Positions 31,830 to 42,611 of a DNA stretch of 64,000 bases are shown here, piece after piece (the first letter of the stretch is position 1; the number at the start of each line of letters is the position of its first letter). The notes under the pieces were generated by a model. That model was not told the origin of the DNA, did no database searches, and worked only from the letters and a program-made list of their open reading frames with translations. This stretch comes from an uncultured Chloroflexia bacterium (GTDB lineage: Bacteria > Chloroflexota > Limnocylindria > Limnocylindrales > CSP1-4): NCBI GenBank assembly GCA_963813305.1, contig CAWEYP010000019.1, forward strand, positions 20,082-84,081. Reading direction: 5' to 3'. Made by a program: the position numbers and the translations under genes.

Positions 31830-32504
31830 TCACTCGGCCTGATCAGGAGCCGACGTCGTGGCGACGTCCACCTCGTTGCCGGCCGGATCGGCGAGCGTCC
31901 AGAAGCCCTCCTCGAGGTTGTGGCGGACGATCCGGCCACCCGCCGCGAGGCCTGCCGCCACCCGCGACTCGGCCTCGTCCCACGGCACCCACACGACGAG
32001 ATGGATGGTCCCCGCACCATCGGCCCGCAACTCGTCCATGTCCTCGAACCACAACGGAGCCAGGCGACCGTGCGGATCGATCAGATCCTCGCCGGGACTG
32101 TCCGGCCGTCGGTCGTAGCCGAGCACCCCTAGCCAGAACGGCATGATCTCGCGTCTGTCGGTCGCACCGGGGATGATCGAGAGGCTCTGGATCGCCGCTG
32201 GCTCGGCGGTGAGCCCGATCTCCCGGGCAGTCGTCGAGATCGCTCGTGCGAGGTCGAGGTCGCTCTGCACGAGGCCGAAGTCGCGACCCTTGAACGCCCG
32301 GATCATGACGGTCACGCCGTCGCCGCGGATGTCCATGTCGGGCTCGTCGCCCTCACCGACGAGCCCGCTGATCGCGTCGATGAACCGGGCGGACGCGATG
32401 AGCGAGTCGGTCCGGAAGAATGCGTAGGCGCCGTCGGGCAGCACGCGCCACGCCTCGGCGCCCTCCGCCCCGTGGAACTGCCGCGAGAAGATCCTGTCGG
32501 TCAT
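31830..32504 (-). CDS. VOC/glyoxalase-like protein with N-terminal pterin-dehydratase-like domain
   Basis: PFWLGVLGY, DLIDPHG, IHLVVWV, LAAGGRIV, WTLADPAGNEVDV. AGGAG RBS. Confidence 0.8.
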   Translation of the reverse strand: MTDRIFSRQFHGAEGAEAWRVLPDGAYAFFRTDSLIASARFIDAISGLVGEGDEPDMDIRGDGVTVMIRAFKGRDFGLVQSDLDLARAISTTAREIGLTAEPAAIQSLSIIPGATDRREIMPFWLGVLGYDRRPDSPGEDLIDPHGRLAPLWFEDMDELRADGAGTIHLVVWVPWDEAESRVAAGLAAGGRIVRHNLEEGFWTLADPAGNEVDVATTSAPDQAE

Positions 32505-32674
32505 GGGTGCTCCTGAAGTCGTACACGGCCTTGACTGCGAGGCCGATCGTCACCCGACATGGAGCGACCGATCTCCTTCATCGAGGCCTCCATGTTGCAT
32601 GCGCCGATCAAGGCTGGAGCGGCGCCCAGCCCGCGTCAGCCGAGCTGGATCGTTCGACTGCCGGCCTTGAGCCG

Positions 32675-34763
32675 TCAGACGAGATCGCGGGGGATCCGTT
32701 CCTCCCACGTCCGCTCGAAGACCTCCGCGCCGTCCTCGCTGACCGTGAGGTCGATCCGGACCTCGAAGTCGGCCGCGGTCGAGCTGACGACGAGGCTCCC
32801 GTCGGCGGTGACCTGCCGCCCGTCGGAATAGATGACGCGGTAGAAGGTCCGGCCCTCGGCGACGCAGGTCGCCCAGTCGTCGCCTGCCGTGATCCGGAAG
32901 CGCTCCTCCGAGCCGAAGAGGAGGCCGCCGCGCTCGGGGAACCGATGGCCCCCGCCGGCCTCGGAGATGAGCGTCGTCGTCCCGGCCAGCTCATCGCGCT
33001 CGACGCGCCATGCCTCCGGGATCCCGGGACGCTCCTCGGCCGTGCCCGGGTCGAAGGCGCCGGTGCCGAGGTCCTCGGTGGCCGGCGCCCAGCCGGCCGG
33101 CGTCGGGAGGCGCAGGCGCGACGGCCGCTCGACGTCGTGGAACACGGTGAGCGTCACCGGCCCGGGCGGCGGCCAGGCGATCGGGAACGCGGCGCCGGCG
33201 ACGGCGACCCGCAGCCTGTGGCCGGCGGGAACGCGGGCCCCGGTCGCGGTGAGCGGCACCGTCACCGCCATCACCTCGCCGGGGACGACCGGCGACGGCT
33301 CCTCGAACGAGGCCCGCCGGGTCAGGTTGAGCAGGCCCCGGGCGAGGAGCGCGGAGGTCCCGTCCGGGGCGACCGCCTCCAGCCGGACGGCGACCTGGGC
33401 GACCGGTCGGTCGGCGGCCACCCAGAGATCGACGTCGGGGAGGCCGGCGACCAGCATCGGCTCGAGGAGCGGGTCGCCCGTGTACACCAATGCCCGGGCG
33501 TCGTCCGGGCGCTGGTCCAGCGGCCCGCCCTGCGGCTCCCAGCCGGTGCAGGTGAAGGGCGCAGTCATGGCCGACGCGGGGCCGCCGGCCCACGTGTCGG
33601 GGTCCTCGTGCGCGGGGGGTGGCGCGTGGCCGAGCGTCCCCGAGCCCGGCCGCGCCGGCCCCACCGAGGTGGAGCGGGGGCGGCGGGGCGATCCGGAGCA
33701 CGGACGGCCAGCGGCCGATGGCCCACCAGCGACCGGGCGCACGCGGCGGGGCGACCTCGACGGGGAACGGCTCGCCGGCCTCGGGCTCCACGACGTAGAC
33801 CGTGAGGGCGGGTCCGTCGTCGATCCCGTTCCGCTCGTCCTTCAGCCAGCGATCCCACCAGCGGGTCATGAGGCCGACGCCGTCGATCGTCGGGGCCGGG
33901 GCGCCGGCGTGCGGCCAGGCGTGGCCCCACGGACCCAGGATCCCGCGGGCCGGGGCGCGGACGTTGGCCACGGTCTCGAGGACGCTGTCGCGGTACGAGT
34001 CCCCGAGCCCGCCGAGGGCCAGCACGGCCGCCTCGATCGAGCCCCAGTCCTCGATCGCCGAGCCGTGCTTCCAGTGGTCGTCGCGGCGCTGGTGGCGCAG
34101 CGAGCTGAGCGGCCACTGCGGCGTCAGGTCGAGGCGCCGCAGCCACTCCTCGCGCCAGCCCTCCCCGAAGCGCTCGGGGTCGGGCGGCAGGGCGTTCTCG
34201 CCGACCATCTCGACCGGCCAGTAGGCGCTTTCCCCGATGAGGCGGGTGCCGCCCCACCAGTGGACGTCGACGTGGTAGCGATCGTGGCTGAAACAGGCCG
34301 GGATGATCGCCTTCAGCGCCGGCGGCCGGCGCATCGCGGCCTGCAGCGCCGAGAAGCCGCCCCAGCTGATCCCGAACATGCCGACCGTCCCGGCGCTCCA
34401 GGGCTGCGAGGCCAGCCACTCGATGACCGCCACGTTGTCGAGGATCTCGCGCTCGGTGTACTCGTCCTCGGCGATGCCGCGGCTGCTGCCGGTGCCCCGG
34501 ACGTCGAGCCGGCAGCTCACGTACCCGGCGGCGGCGAACGCCCCGTTGAGCGGCCAGTCGCGCGACAGGGTCCAGTCGTCCTTGCGGTACGGGATCGATT
34601 CCAGGACGGCCGGAAACGGGCCGGCGTCAGGCGCGTCGGGGACGTAGAGCGTCGCCGCGAGGTCGATCCCGTCGTCCATCGGGATCCGGATCTCTTCCGT
34701 TCGCACCGGGAGCCCCACGGGCCGGCCGTCGACCACGTAGCGCCGCGTCACGAAGCCTGGCAT
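32675..34763 (-). CDS. CocE/NonD family hydrolase (frameshift near 33690)
   Basis: IPMDDGIDLAATLY, PYRK, DVRGTGSS, nucleophile GISWGG, GPWGH, C-terminal PepX-like domain. Confidence 0.88.
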
Positions 34764-34880
34764 CGCTTCCTCCCGGGACCCCTCGCCGCGCGGGCCGCCG
34801 TCGGCTAGTCTAGGCGCGCGCCGGTCCCGGTTGGCGACGGTGGACGCGGAGGCGGCCGGCGAGGGGAGGTTGTTCGCGCC

Positions 34881-36545
34881 ATGGCCGAGCCGGTCATCCT
34901 CGTCGTCGACGACGAGCCCGCGGTGCTGCGCGCCGTGGAGCGGGAGCTTCGCGGCCACTTCGGGGCCGCCTACACGGTGGTGGCGGCCGATTCCGGCAAG
35001 ACCGCCCTCGACGTCCTCAACCGCCTCGCCCTGCGCGACACGCCCGTCGCCCTGCTCCTCGTCGACCAGCGGATGCCTGGCATGACCGGGATCGAGCTGC
35101 TCGCCGCGTCGCTGGATCTCGTGCCCGATGCCCGGCGGGTCCTCCTCACGGCCTACGCCGACACCGAGGTCGCGATCCGGGCGATCAACGAGATCCGTCT
35201 CGACCAGTACCTCCAGAAGCCCTGGGAGCCCCCGGAGGAGCGCCTCTTCCCCGTCCTCGACGACCTCCTCTCGGACTGGCGGGCCACCTTCCGGCCGCCG
35301 TTCGAGGGCATCCGCCTCGTCGGCCACCGCTGGTCGGCCCGGGCCCACGAGATCAAGGACTACCTGGCCCGCAACCTGGTGCCATATCGGTGGGTCGACG
35401 TGGAGGCCGACACCGAGGCGGCACGGCTGGCTGCCGCCGCCGGGGTCGACGCGGGGCGCGATCCCCTCCTCGTCTTCCCCGACGGGAGCCACCTCCTGGC
35501 CCCGTCCAACGCCGAGATCGCCGACCGCCTGGGGCTGCGGACGCGGCCCGACCTGGCGACCTACGACCTCGTCATCGTCGGCGGGGGGCCGGCCGGGCTG
35601 GCCGCCGCCGTGTACGGCGCGTCCGAGGGGCTCCGGACCCTGCTCGTCGAGCGCGAGGCACCGGGAGGCCAGGCGGGCACGACCTCGCGGATCGAGAACT
35701 ACCTGGGGTTCCCGTCCGGCCTCTCCGGGGCGGACCTCGCGCGGCGGGCCGTCGCCCAGGCGACCCGCCTCGGCGCCGAGCTGCTCACCGCGCGCGACGC
35801 CACCGCACTGGCCATCGAGGACCGTTACCGGCTGCTTACGCTCGACGACGGCAGCCGGGTCTCCTGCGAGGCGCTCATCGTGGCAACCGGCGTCCAGTAC
35901 CGGCGCCTCGACGTTGACGGGATCGACCCGCTGGTGGGCGTCGGCGTCTTCTACGGGGCCGCGATCACCGAGGCGCTGGCCTGCAAGGGTCAGCGCGTGG
36001 CGGTCGTCGGCGGCGGCAACTCCGCCGGCCAGGCGGCAGTCCACCTGTCGCAGTACGCCTCCGAGGTGACGCTGCTCGTGCGGAGCGGCTCCATCGAGGC
36101 CGGGATGAGCGCCTACCTCGTCGACCAGCTGCGGGCGATCCCGAACGTGACGATCCGCCTCAACGCCAGCGTGGCGGCGGTCCGCGGGACGGACAGCCTC
36201 GAGGCGATCACGGTGGAGGACTCCGCCGCCGGCACGCGGGAGGACATGGCGATGGATGCTGTTTTCCTGTTCATCGGTGCGCTTCCGCGCACGGAGTGGT
36301 TGGCGGGCCTGGTGGAGCGCGACGGTGCCGGGTTCCTGGTGACCGGGCCGGCCCTGGCCCGGGCGACGGACGGGCGCGTGGCCGGCTGGCCCCTGGCCCG
36401 GGAGCCATTCCTGCTGGAGACGAACGTGCCCGGCGTCTTTGCCGCGGGCGACGTCCGCAGCCGCTCGGTCAAGCGGATCGCCTCGGGCGTCGGCGAGGGG
36501 TCGATGGCCGTCCAGTTCGTGCACCAGCACCTCGCCGGGCTCTGA
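34881..36545 (+). CDS. Receiver domain + glutaredoxin-like domain + thioredoxin-reductase-like FAD oxidoreductase fusion
   Basis: ILVVDDE, DQRMP, LTAY, KPW; then GGGPAG, GGQ..TSRIENYLGFP, VGGGNSAGQ, FAAGDV. No CxxC. Confidence 0.9.
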   Translation: MAEPVILVVDDEPAVLRAVERELRGHFGAAYTVVAADSGKTALDVLNRLALRDTPVALLLVDQRMPGMTGIELLAASLDLVPDARRVLLTAYADTEVAIRAINEIRLDQYLQKPWEPPEERLFPVLDDLLSDWRATFRPPFEGIRLVGHRWSARAHEIKDYLARNLVPYRWVDVEADTEAARLAAAAGVDAGRDPLLVFPDGSHLLAPSNAEIADRLGLRTRPDLATYDLVIVGGGPAGLAAAVYGASEGLRTLLVEREAPGGQAGTTSRIENYLGFPSGLSGADLARRAVAQATRLGAELLTARDATALAIEDRYRLLTLDDGSRVSCEALIVATGVQYRRLDVDGIDPLVGVGVFYGAAITEALACKGQRVAVVGGGNSAGQAAVHLSQYASEVTLLVRSGSIEAGMSAYLVDQLRAIPNVTIRLNASVAAVRGTDSLEAITVEDSAAGTREDMAMDAVFLFIGALPRTEWLAGLVERDGAGFLVTGPALARATDGRVAGWPLAREPFLLETNVPGVFAAGDVRSRSVKRIASGVGEGSMAVQFVHQHLAGL

Positions 36546-36551
36546 GCCGAC

Positions 36552-38725
36552 GTGGCCGCGCCGCCCGAACCCGCAGTGCCTGAACCCGCAATGCCTGAAC
36601 CCACGCCGCTCAGACCCACGCCGCTCGAGCCGGCACCGCCCCTGCCCGCGGAGCGTCCGCGGCGGGACCCGCCCGACCCGCCGCTGTCCGACGAGGCCGT
36701 CCTCCTCCGCCTTCCCCGTGATGACGACGCGGCGGCGATCGCGGCCGCCTGTGACGATCCCGAGATGGCCCGCTGGATCCCGGTCCCCGTCCCCTACCTG
36801 CCGTCCGACGCGCGCACGTTCATCGGCGAGATGGCCGATGGCTGGGCTGCCGGGACGGCCATCGCCTTCGTCATCGAAGAGCGGGCAACCGCGGCCCTCG
36901 CGGGGATGATCGGCCTCCACCCGGGGGACATGCCGGGGCGGGCGTCGGTGGGCTACTGGCTGGCACCCGAGGCGCGGGGGCGCGGCATGGCGACCCGGGC
37001 GGTCCGGCTCCTGGCGGCGTGGGCATTCGCGGATCCCCGTCTCGAGCGACTGGAGCTGATGACCCTGGTCGGCAACGACGCCTCCGGCCGCGTCGCGATG
37101 CGGGCGGGCTTCCGGCGCGAGGGGATCCTGCGCCGCTACCTGCCGTTCCGGGGCACGACCGTCGACGCGGTGATGTACGGCATGGTCCGCGACGAGGGCG
37201 TCGACGCCGACGGGGACGGCATCCCGGACGATCCGCTGGCCCGCGTGTCGCTCTTCGCGGGCCTGGCGCCGGCGGAGCTGGCCCGGATCCGCGGCGTCAC
37301 CACCGAGGTCGCCCTCGCAGCCGGCGCGACCCTCATGACGGAGGGCGACCCGGGCGACGCCCTGTTCGTCGTGCTCGAGGGCACCCTCGCCGTGTCGACG
37401 CGGGCAGGGACCGGAGAGCTGCCGCTCACGACGGTGGGCCCGGGAACCGTCCAGGGCGAGATCGCGGTCCTCGACGGCGGCGTCCGCCGGGCGACCGTTC
37501 GGGCGGCGACGCCGGCCCGCCTGCTGCGCATCGGGCGCGATGACCTGTTCGACGTGATGGCCCGGGAGCCGGCAATCATCAGGTCGCTCGCCGCCACCGT
37601 GGCCGGGCGGCTCCGAGGCCTCGAGGCGTCCGTGCAGGAGCAGGAACGCCTGGCGTCGCTGGGGACCCTCGCGGCCGGCCTCGCCCACGAGCTGAACAAC
37701 CCCGCCGCCGCGGCCCGCAGCAGCGCGGGCCGGCTGCTCGACGCGCTCGACGAGTGGGACCGTGCATCCGCCGCCCTCGGCGAGCCGATGGGAGCGGTCG
37801 GATCTGCCGGGAGGGGGACGGCCGAGCGGTGGGATCGGCCGGAGCGGTGGGATCGGCCGGAGCCCCGCTGGCCGCCGAGCTGCTGGACACCCTTCGCGAG
37901 GAGGTCGCCCGGCGGGCCGGCGATCCGCCCCTTCTCGACCCCCTCGACGCCGCCGACCGGCGGGACGCCGTGGCCCGGCTGCTCGGCACGCTCGGCCTGC
38001 CCGACCCGGTCGAGCCTGCGGCATCGCTCGTCGCCCTCGGCTGGGACGGCAACCAGCTCGACGACCTGCTGGCGCCCTTCGGGACGGACGAGGCCCGCCT
38101 CGTCGTCGCGGCGTGGCTTGCCGCGAGCGCGCTCGTGCGCCAGCTGCTGGCCGAGGTGACGCTCGCGGCCGGGCGGATCAGCGAGATCGTCGCCGCCGTT
38201 CGCGAGTACACCTACCTCGACCGGGCCCCGATCCAGCGGATCGACGTCACCGCGGGGATCGAGAGCACCCTCGTGATCCTTCGCTCGAAGTGGAGGGCCG
38301 GCGTGACGATCGAGCGCGCCTATGCCCCGGGCCTCCCGCCGATCGAGGCCTACGGCAGCGAGCTCAACCAGGTGTGGACCAACCTGGTCGACAACGCGAT
38401 CGGAGCGATGGGCGGCTCGGGCCACCTGCGGATCACCGCCCAGCTCGCACCCGGGGGCGACGGTGTCGTCGTCGAGATCAGCGACAGTGGACCCGGGATC
38501 GCGGATGACGCCGCGGCCCACGTCTTCGACCCGTTCTTCACGACGAAGGAGATCGGGGCGGGCACCGGTCTCGGCCTCTACATCTCGCGGTCGATCGTGG
38601 AACGGCACGGTGGCCGCCTGGAGATCGCGGCGACCGGGCCGGACGGGACCTGCTTCCGGGCAACGCTCCGAGCCCGCCTCCCCGAGCCTCCCTCCGTCGA
38701 TCAACCGACGGCGGAGGGCCGTTGA
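36552..38725 (+). CDS. GNAT (RimJ/L-type)-cNMP-binding-sensor histidine kinase fusion (frameshift near 37815)
   Basis: VGYWLAPEARGRGMAT, NDASGRVA, GFRREG; EGDPGD...GEIAVL...RRATV; GLAHELNNP; LNQVWTNLVDNA, DSGPGI, FDPFFTTK, GTGLGL. Confidence 0.85.
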
Positions 38726-38756
38726 CAGGGCGGGCGGCGACCCGCAGCATCGCGAC

Positions 38757-41565
38757 GTGGACGGACCCGAACGTCCCCCGACCACGGATCCGCCGGTGAC
38801 GACGCCGGCGGAGGGCGTCGGCGCGCCTCCGGCCCTCCCGACGGGCACCGTGACCTTCCTCTTCACCGACATCGAGGGCTCGACGCGCCTGGCCCACGAC
38901 CTCGCCGACCGCTGGCCCGCGCTCCTCGAGCGTCACCGGCAGATCCTCCGGGCGGCCTTCGGCGCCCACGGCGGCATCGAGGTCCAGACCGAGGGCGACG
39001 GGTTCTTCGTGGCCTTCGCCCGGGCGCCCGGCGCGGTGGCGGCGACCGTCCAGGCCCAGCGAGACCTGGCCGCGGAGCCGTGGCCGCCGGATGGCGCCGT
39101 CCGGGTCCGGATGGGGCTCCACGCGGGCGAGGGCGTCGTCGACGCAGACGGCTCGTACGTCGGCCACGACGTCCACCGCGCGGCCAGGGTCGCGGGGGCG
39201 GCGCACGGCGGCCAGGTGCTGCTGTCACGGACGCCGTCGGGCGCTCAGCGCGGCATCGCTCCCGGCGGGCGTCTCGCTCCGCGAGCTCGGCGAGCACCGC
39301 CTCAAGGACCTGCGGCCGGAGCCGCTCGCCCAGCTCGTGATCGACGGGCTCCGCGCCGACTTCCCCCCGGTGCGCTCGCTCGACGTCCGGCCCAACAACC
39401 TGCCGACGCAGCTGACCTCGTTCGTCGGGCGCGAGCGGGAGCTGGGGACCGCGACGCGCCTCCTCGCGACGACGCGGCTCCTGACGCTGACGGGCCCGGG
39501 CGGCACCGGCAAGACGCGCCTCTCGCTGCAGCTCGCCGCGGCCGGTCGCCGACGACTACCCGGACGGCGTCTGGTTCGTCGCGCTGGAGCCGCTCCGCGA
39601 CCCGTCCCTCGTCGCTGCCGGCGATCGCCCGGACGCTCGGCGTCTACCAGCGGCCGGGCGAGACCGCGCTGCGAGGCCCTGGCGACCGCGGTCGACCGGC
39701 AGGCGCATGCTCTTCGTCCTCGACAACTTCGAGCAGGTGATCGAGGCGGCCGTCGACGTCGGCGACCTCCTGCGCGCCTGCCCAGCCGTGCGGGTGGTCG
39801 TCACGAGCCGCGCCGTCGCTCCGCGTCTCGGGCGAGCAGGAGTACGTGGTGCCGGGCCTGCCCGCGCCGCCCGACACCAGCCGGCTCTCGCGCGTCGAGC
39901 TGGAGAACCTCCCGGCCGGCCTGCGCCACCCGGACCCGGCGTCGCTCGAGCAGTACGAGGCCGTCCGCCTCTTCATCGCCCGCGCCGTCGCCGTTCGCCC
40001 GGACTTCCACGTCACCAACGAGAACGCGCCGGCCGTGGCCGGCATCTGCGCCCGGCTCCACGGCATGCCGCTCGCGATCGAGCTGGCGGCCGCCCGCGTG
40101 AAGCTCCTCGCGCCCGAGCAGATCCTCGAGCGCCTGGAGGGGCAGCTGGGCCTGTTGACCTCGACCGCCCGCGACCTGCCCGACCGCCAGCGGACGCTGC
40201 GGGGCGCGATCGCCTGGAGCTGCGACCTCCTGGACGAGCCCCAGCGCCGGCTGCTTGCTCGCCTGTCGGTCTTCCGGGGCGGCTGGGACCTCGACGTGGC
40301 CGAGGCCGTGGCCGGTGCGGGCGACGGGCCGGCCATCGACGTCCTCGAGGGCCTGGCCGCGCTCGTCGACCAGAGCCTGGTCCGCAGCGCCGAGGAAGCC
40401 GGGGAGCCGCGCTTCGCCATGTTCGAGACGATCCGCGAGTTCGCCGCGGAGCTCCTCGAAGCAGCCGGCGACGCCGACGCCACGCGGGAGCGGCACGCCC
40501 GCGTCTTCCTCGACCTGGCCGAGCGCCTGGCGCCGCTCCTGCAGGGCGCCGAGCAGCGCACATCGCTGGACCGCCTGGAGCGCGACCACGACAACCTGCG
40601 CGCCGCGCTGTCGTGGGCGACCGGGCGGCCGGATCCCGAGACCGCGGTGCGCCTCTGCTTCGCGCTCTGGCGGTTCTGGCAGCAGCGCGGCTACCTGGGC
40701 GAGGCGCGGGTGCGGCTGGACCGGATCGCCGGGCAGGCGTGGGACCTGCCGGCGCCACTCAGGGCACGCTTCGCCGAGACGCTGGGGGGCGTCGCCTACT
40801 GGCAGGCCGACCTGCCCGTCTCGGCCGCCCGCTACGACGAGGCGCTCGCGATCTGGCGGGAGCGCGCCGCCGGCGGTGATCCCGCCGACCGGCGCGAGCT
40901 GGCGAACGCGCTCTACAACCGGGCATTCGTCACGGTGGCCGATGTGACGTGGCTGCAGCAGGGGGTTGCCGCCGATCGCAGACGCCGCCCGCGCGATGAT
41001 GGAGGAGGCGCTGGCGATCTACCAGGAGCTCGGCGACGCGGGCGGCGAAGGCAACGCGCTCTGGGGTCTGGGCGGCCTCGAGCTGTACGCCGACGATCCC
41101 GGACTGGCAGAGCCGTGGTACCGGCGCTCGCTGGAGCTCCACCGGGCTGCGGGCCACCGGACGATGGAGGCATGGTCGCTCCACATGCTCGCCGTCACGA
41201 TGATCGCGCTGGACCGGATCGACGAAGCCGACGAGGCTTCGCGCCACGCCATCGCCCACTTCCGCGATGCCCACGACCTGGCCGGCCTCACGCTCGGCTT
41301 CGATGCCCTGGCCGCGGTGGCCGTCGCTCGCGGCGACGAGGCTCGCGGGGGACGCCTGTGGGGCCTCGCGCGCCAGCTCGAGCGCGTGAGCGGGACCGCC
41401 CTTGCCGCCTGGGACGAGGCCGTCTTCGCGAACCTGCCGTCGTCTCCGCGGTCCCGGATCGAGCCCGCCGTGCTCGAGGCGCTTGCCGCGCAGGGCGCGG
41501 CCCTGCCCCTGGCCGACGGGGTCGCCTACGCCCTCGGCGAGACGGATCCGTTCACCCTCGGGTAG
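38757..41565 (+). CDS. Class III adenylate/guanylate cyclase-STAND ATPase-TPR protein (several frameshifts)
   Basis: TVTFLFTDIEGST, GDGFF, RVRMGLH, VHRAAR; NNLPTQLTSFVGRE, GPGGTGKT, LDNFEQV, GMPLAIELAAA; helical TPR-like C-terminus. Confidence 0.85.
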
Positions 41566-41578
41566 CCGGGGTCTGCGG

Positions 41579-42229
41579 TCAGGCGACGAGGTCGGCGGCG
41601 ATCACGGCCGCGAAGACGAGGATGATCGCGTTCCCCAGCACGATCACCCCGGCGCGCAGGCCGGGCGGCAGCCGCCGGTGGAGGAACGCCCCGACCGCCG
41701 CGATGAGCGTCTGCCATGACAGCGAGGCCAGGAACGCTCCGGTCACGAAGGCTGCCTTCTCGGTGGGGCCGGCGCCGGTCGCGGTCAACCCGAGGATGAG
41801 CGCGGCGAAGTAGGTGACCGTCACCGGGTTAAGCAACGTGATGCCGAGGAAGACCCCGTAGGTGCGGAGCGCGGATCCCCCGCGCTCGGCCGCCTCGACG
41901 TCCGGCGGGATCTCCGCGTCGCCGGCCGGGGTCGCAGCGCTCGCCGCCCGCAGCCCGAGCAGGCCGCGGACCGCGATGACCACCAGCAGCACCACGGCCA
42001 GCACCCGCAGCGGCGTCTCGACGGGGACGAGGACGCTCGCGAGCGCGGCCCCGAATGCGGCCGCCACGATCGCGTAGATGCCGTCCGCCGAGGCCGCGCC
42101 GGCACCCGCGGCGGCCGCCAGCCGGAAGCCGCGCCGCAGGCCCGTCTCCACGATGAGGATGGAGATGGCGCCGACCGGGATCGCGATCCCGTAGCCCGCC
42201 ACGGCGCCCGCCAGGAATGCCGTGATCAC
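41579..42229 (-). CDS. LysE family transporter
   Basis: IAIPVGAISIL, GAASADG, ITLLNPVT. Confidence 0.87.
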   Translation of the reverse strand: MITAFLAGAVAGYGIAIPVGAISILIVETGLRRGFRLAAAAGAGAASADGIYAIVAAAFGAALASVLVPVETPLRVLAVVLLVVIAVRGLLGLRAASAATPAGDAEIPPDVEAAERGGSALRTYGVFLGITLLNPVTVTYFAALILGLTATGAGPTEKAAFVTGAFLASLSWQTLIAAVGAFLHRRLPPGLRAGVIVLGNAIILVFAAVIAADLVA

Positions 42230-42352
42230 CGGGGCACGGTAGGGGCCGAGCTGGCGCTGCGTCAAACTGCGCCCCGCCGGCCGCCGGCCGGCCCGGCTTC
42301 CCGGGATCGCGACCGGCGCCGGCCGCGTCAAGGTCATGGCAGACGACGGGCC

Positions 42353-42570
42353 CATGCACGCGGCATGTTCATTGTCGCCGTGCTGGGGGCCGCTGGCCGG
42401 ATGCGTCGATCCCGCGGACGGGTCACCGGGTCGGCTTCCGGAGCCGAACGCTCACGATGTGAGCATCGGGCCGCCCAGGGCGAGACCACACGCTGCGGGG
42501 CTGTCCGCGGGGCGCCACGTCGAGGCTCGGAACGGGACCTTGGGCCCGGAATGAACATGCCGCGTGCATG
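42353..42570. repeat. 218-bp element bounded by perfect 21-bp inverted repeats (MITE-like)
   Basis: CATGCACGCGGCATGTTCATT (42353-73) and AATGAACATGCCGCGTGCATG (42550-70). Confidence 0.6.
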
Positions 42571-42611
42571 CGGAGGCCACGGAGCCCCGCGGATACGATG
42601 GACACGTGATC

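Noticed and set aside
37823-37863. 18-bp tandem repeat at the kinase frameshift as a phase-variation switch
   Set aside because: An 18-bp unit preserves the frame; the nearby shift is better explained as a sequencing indel.
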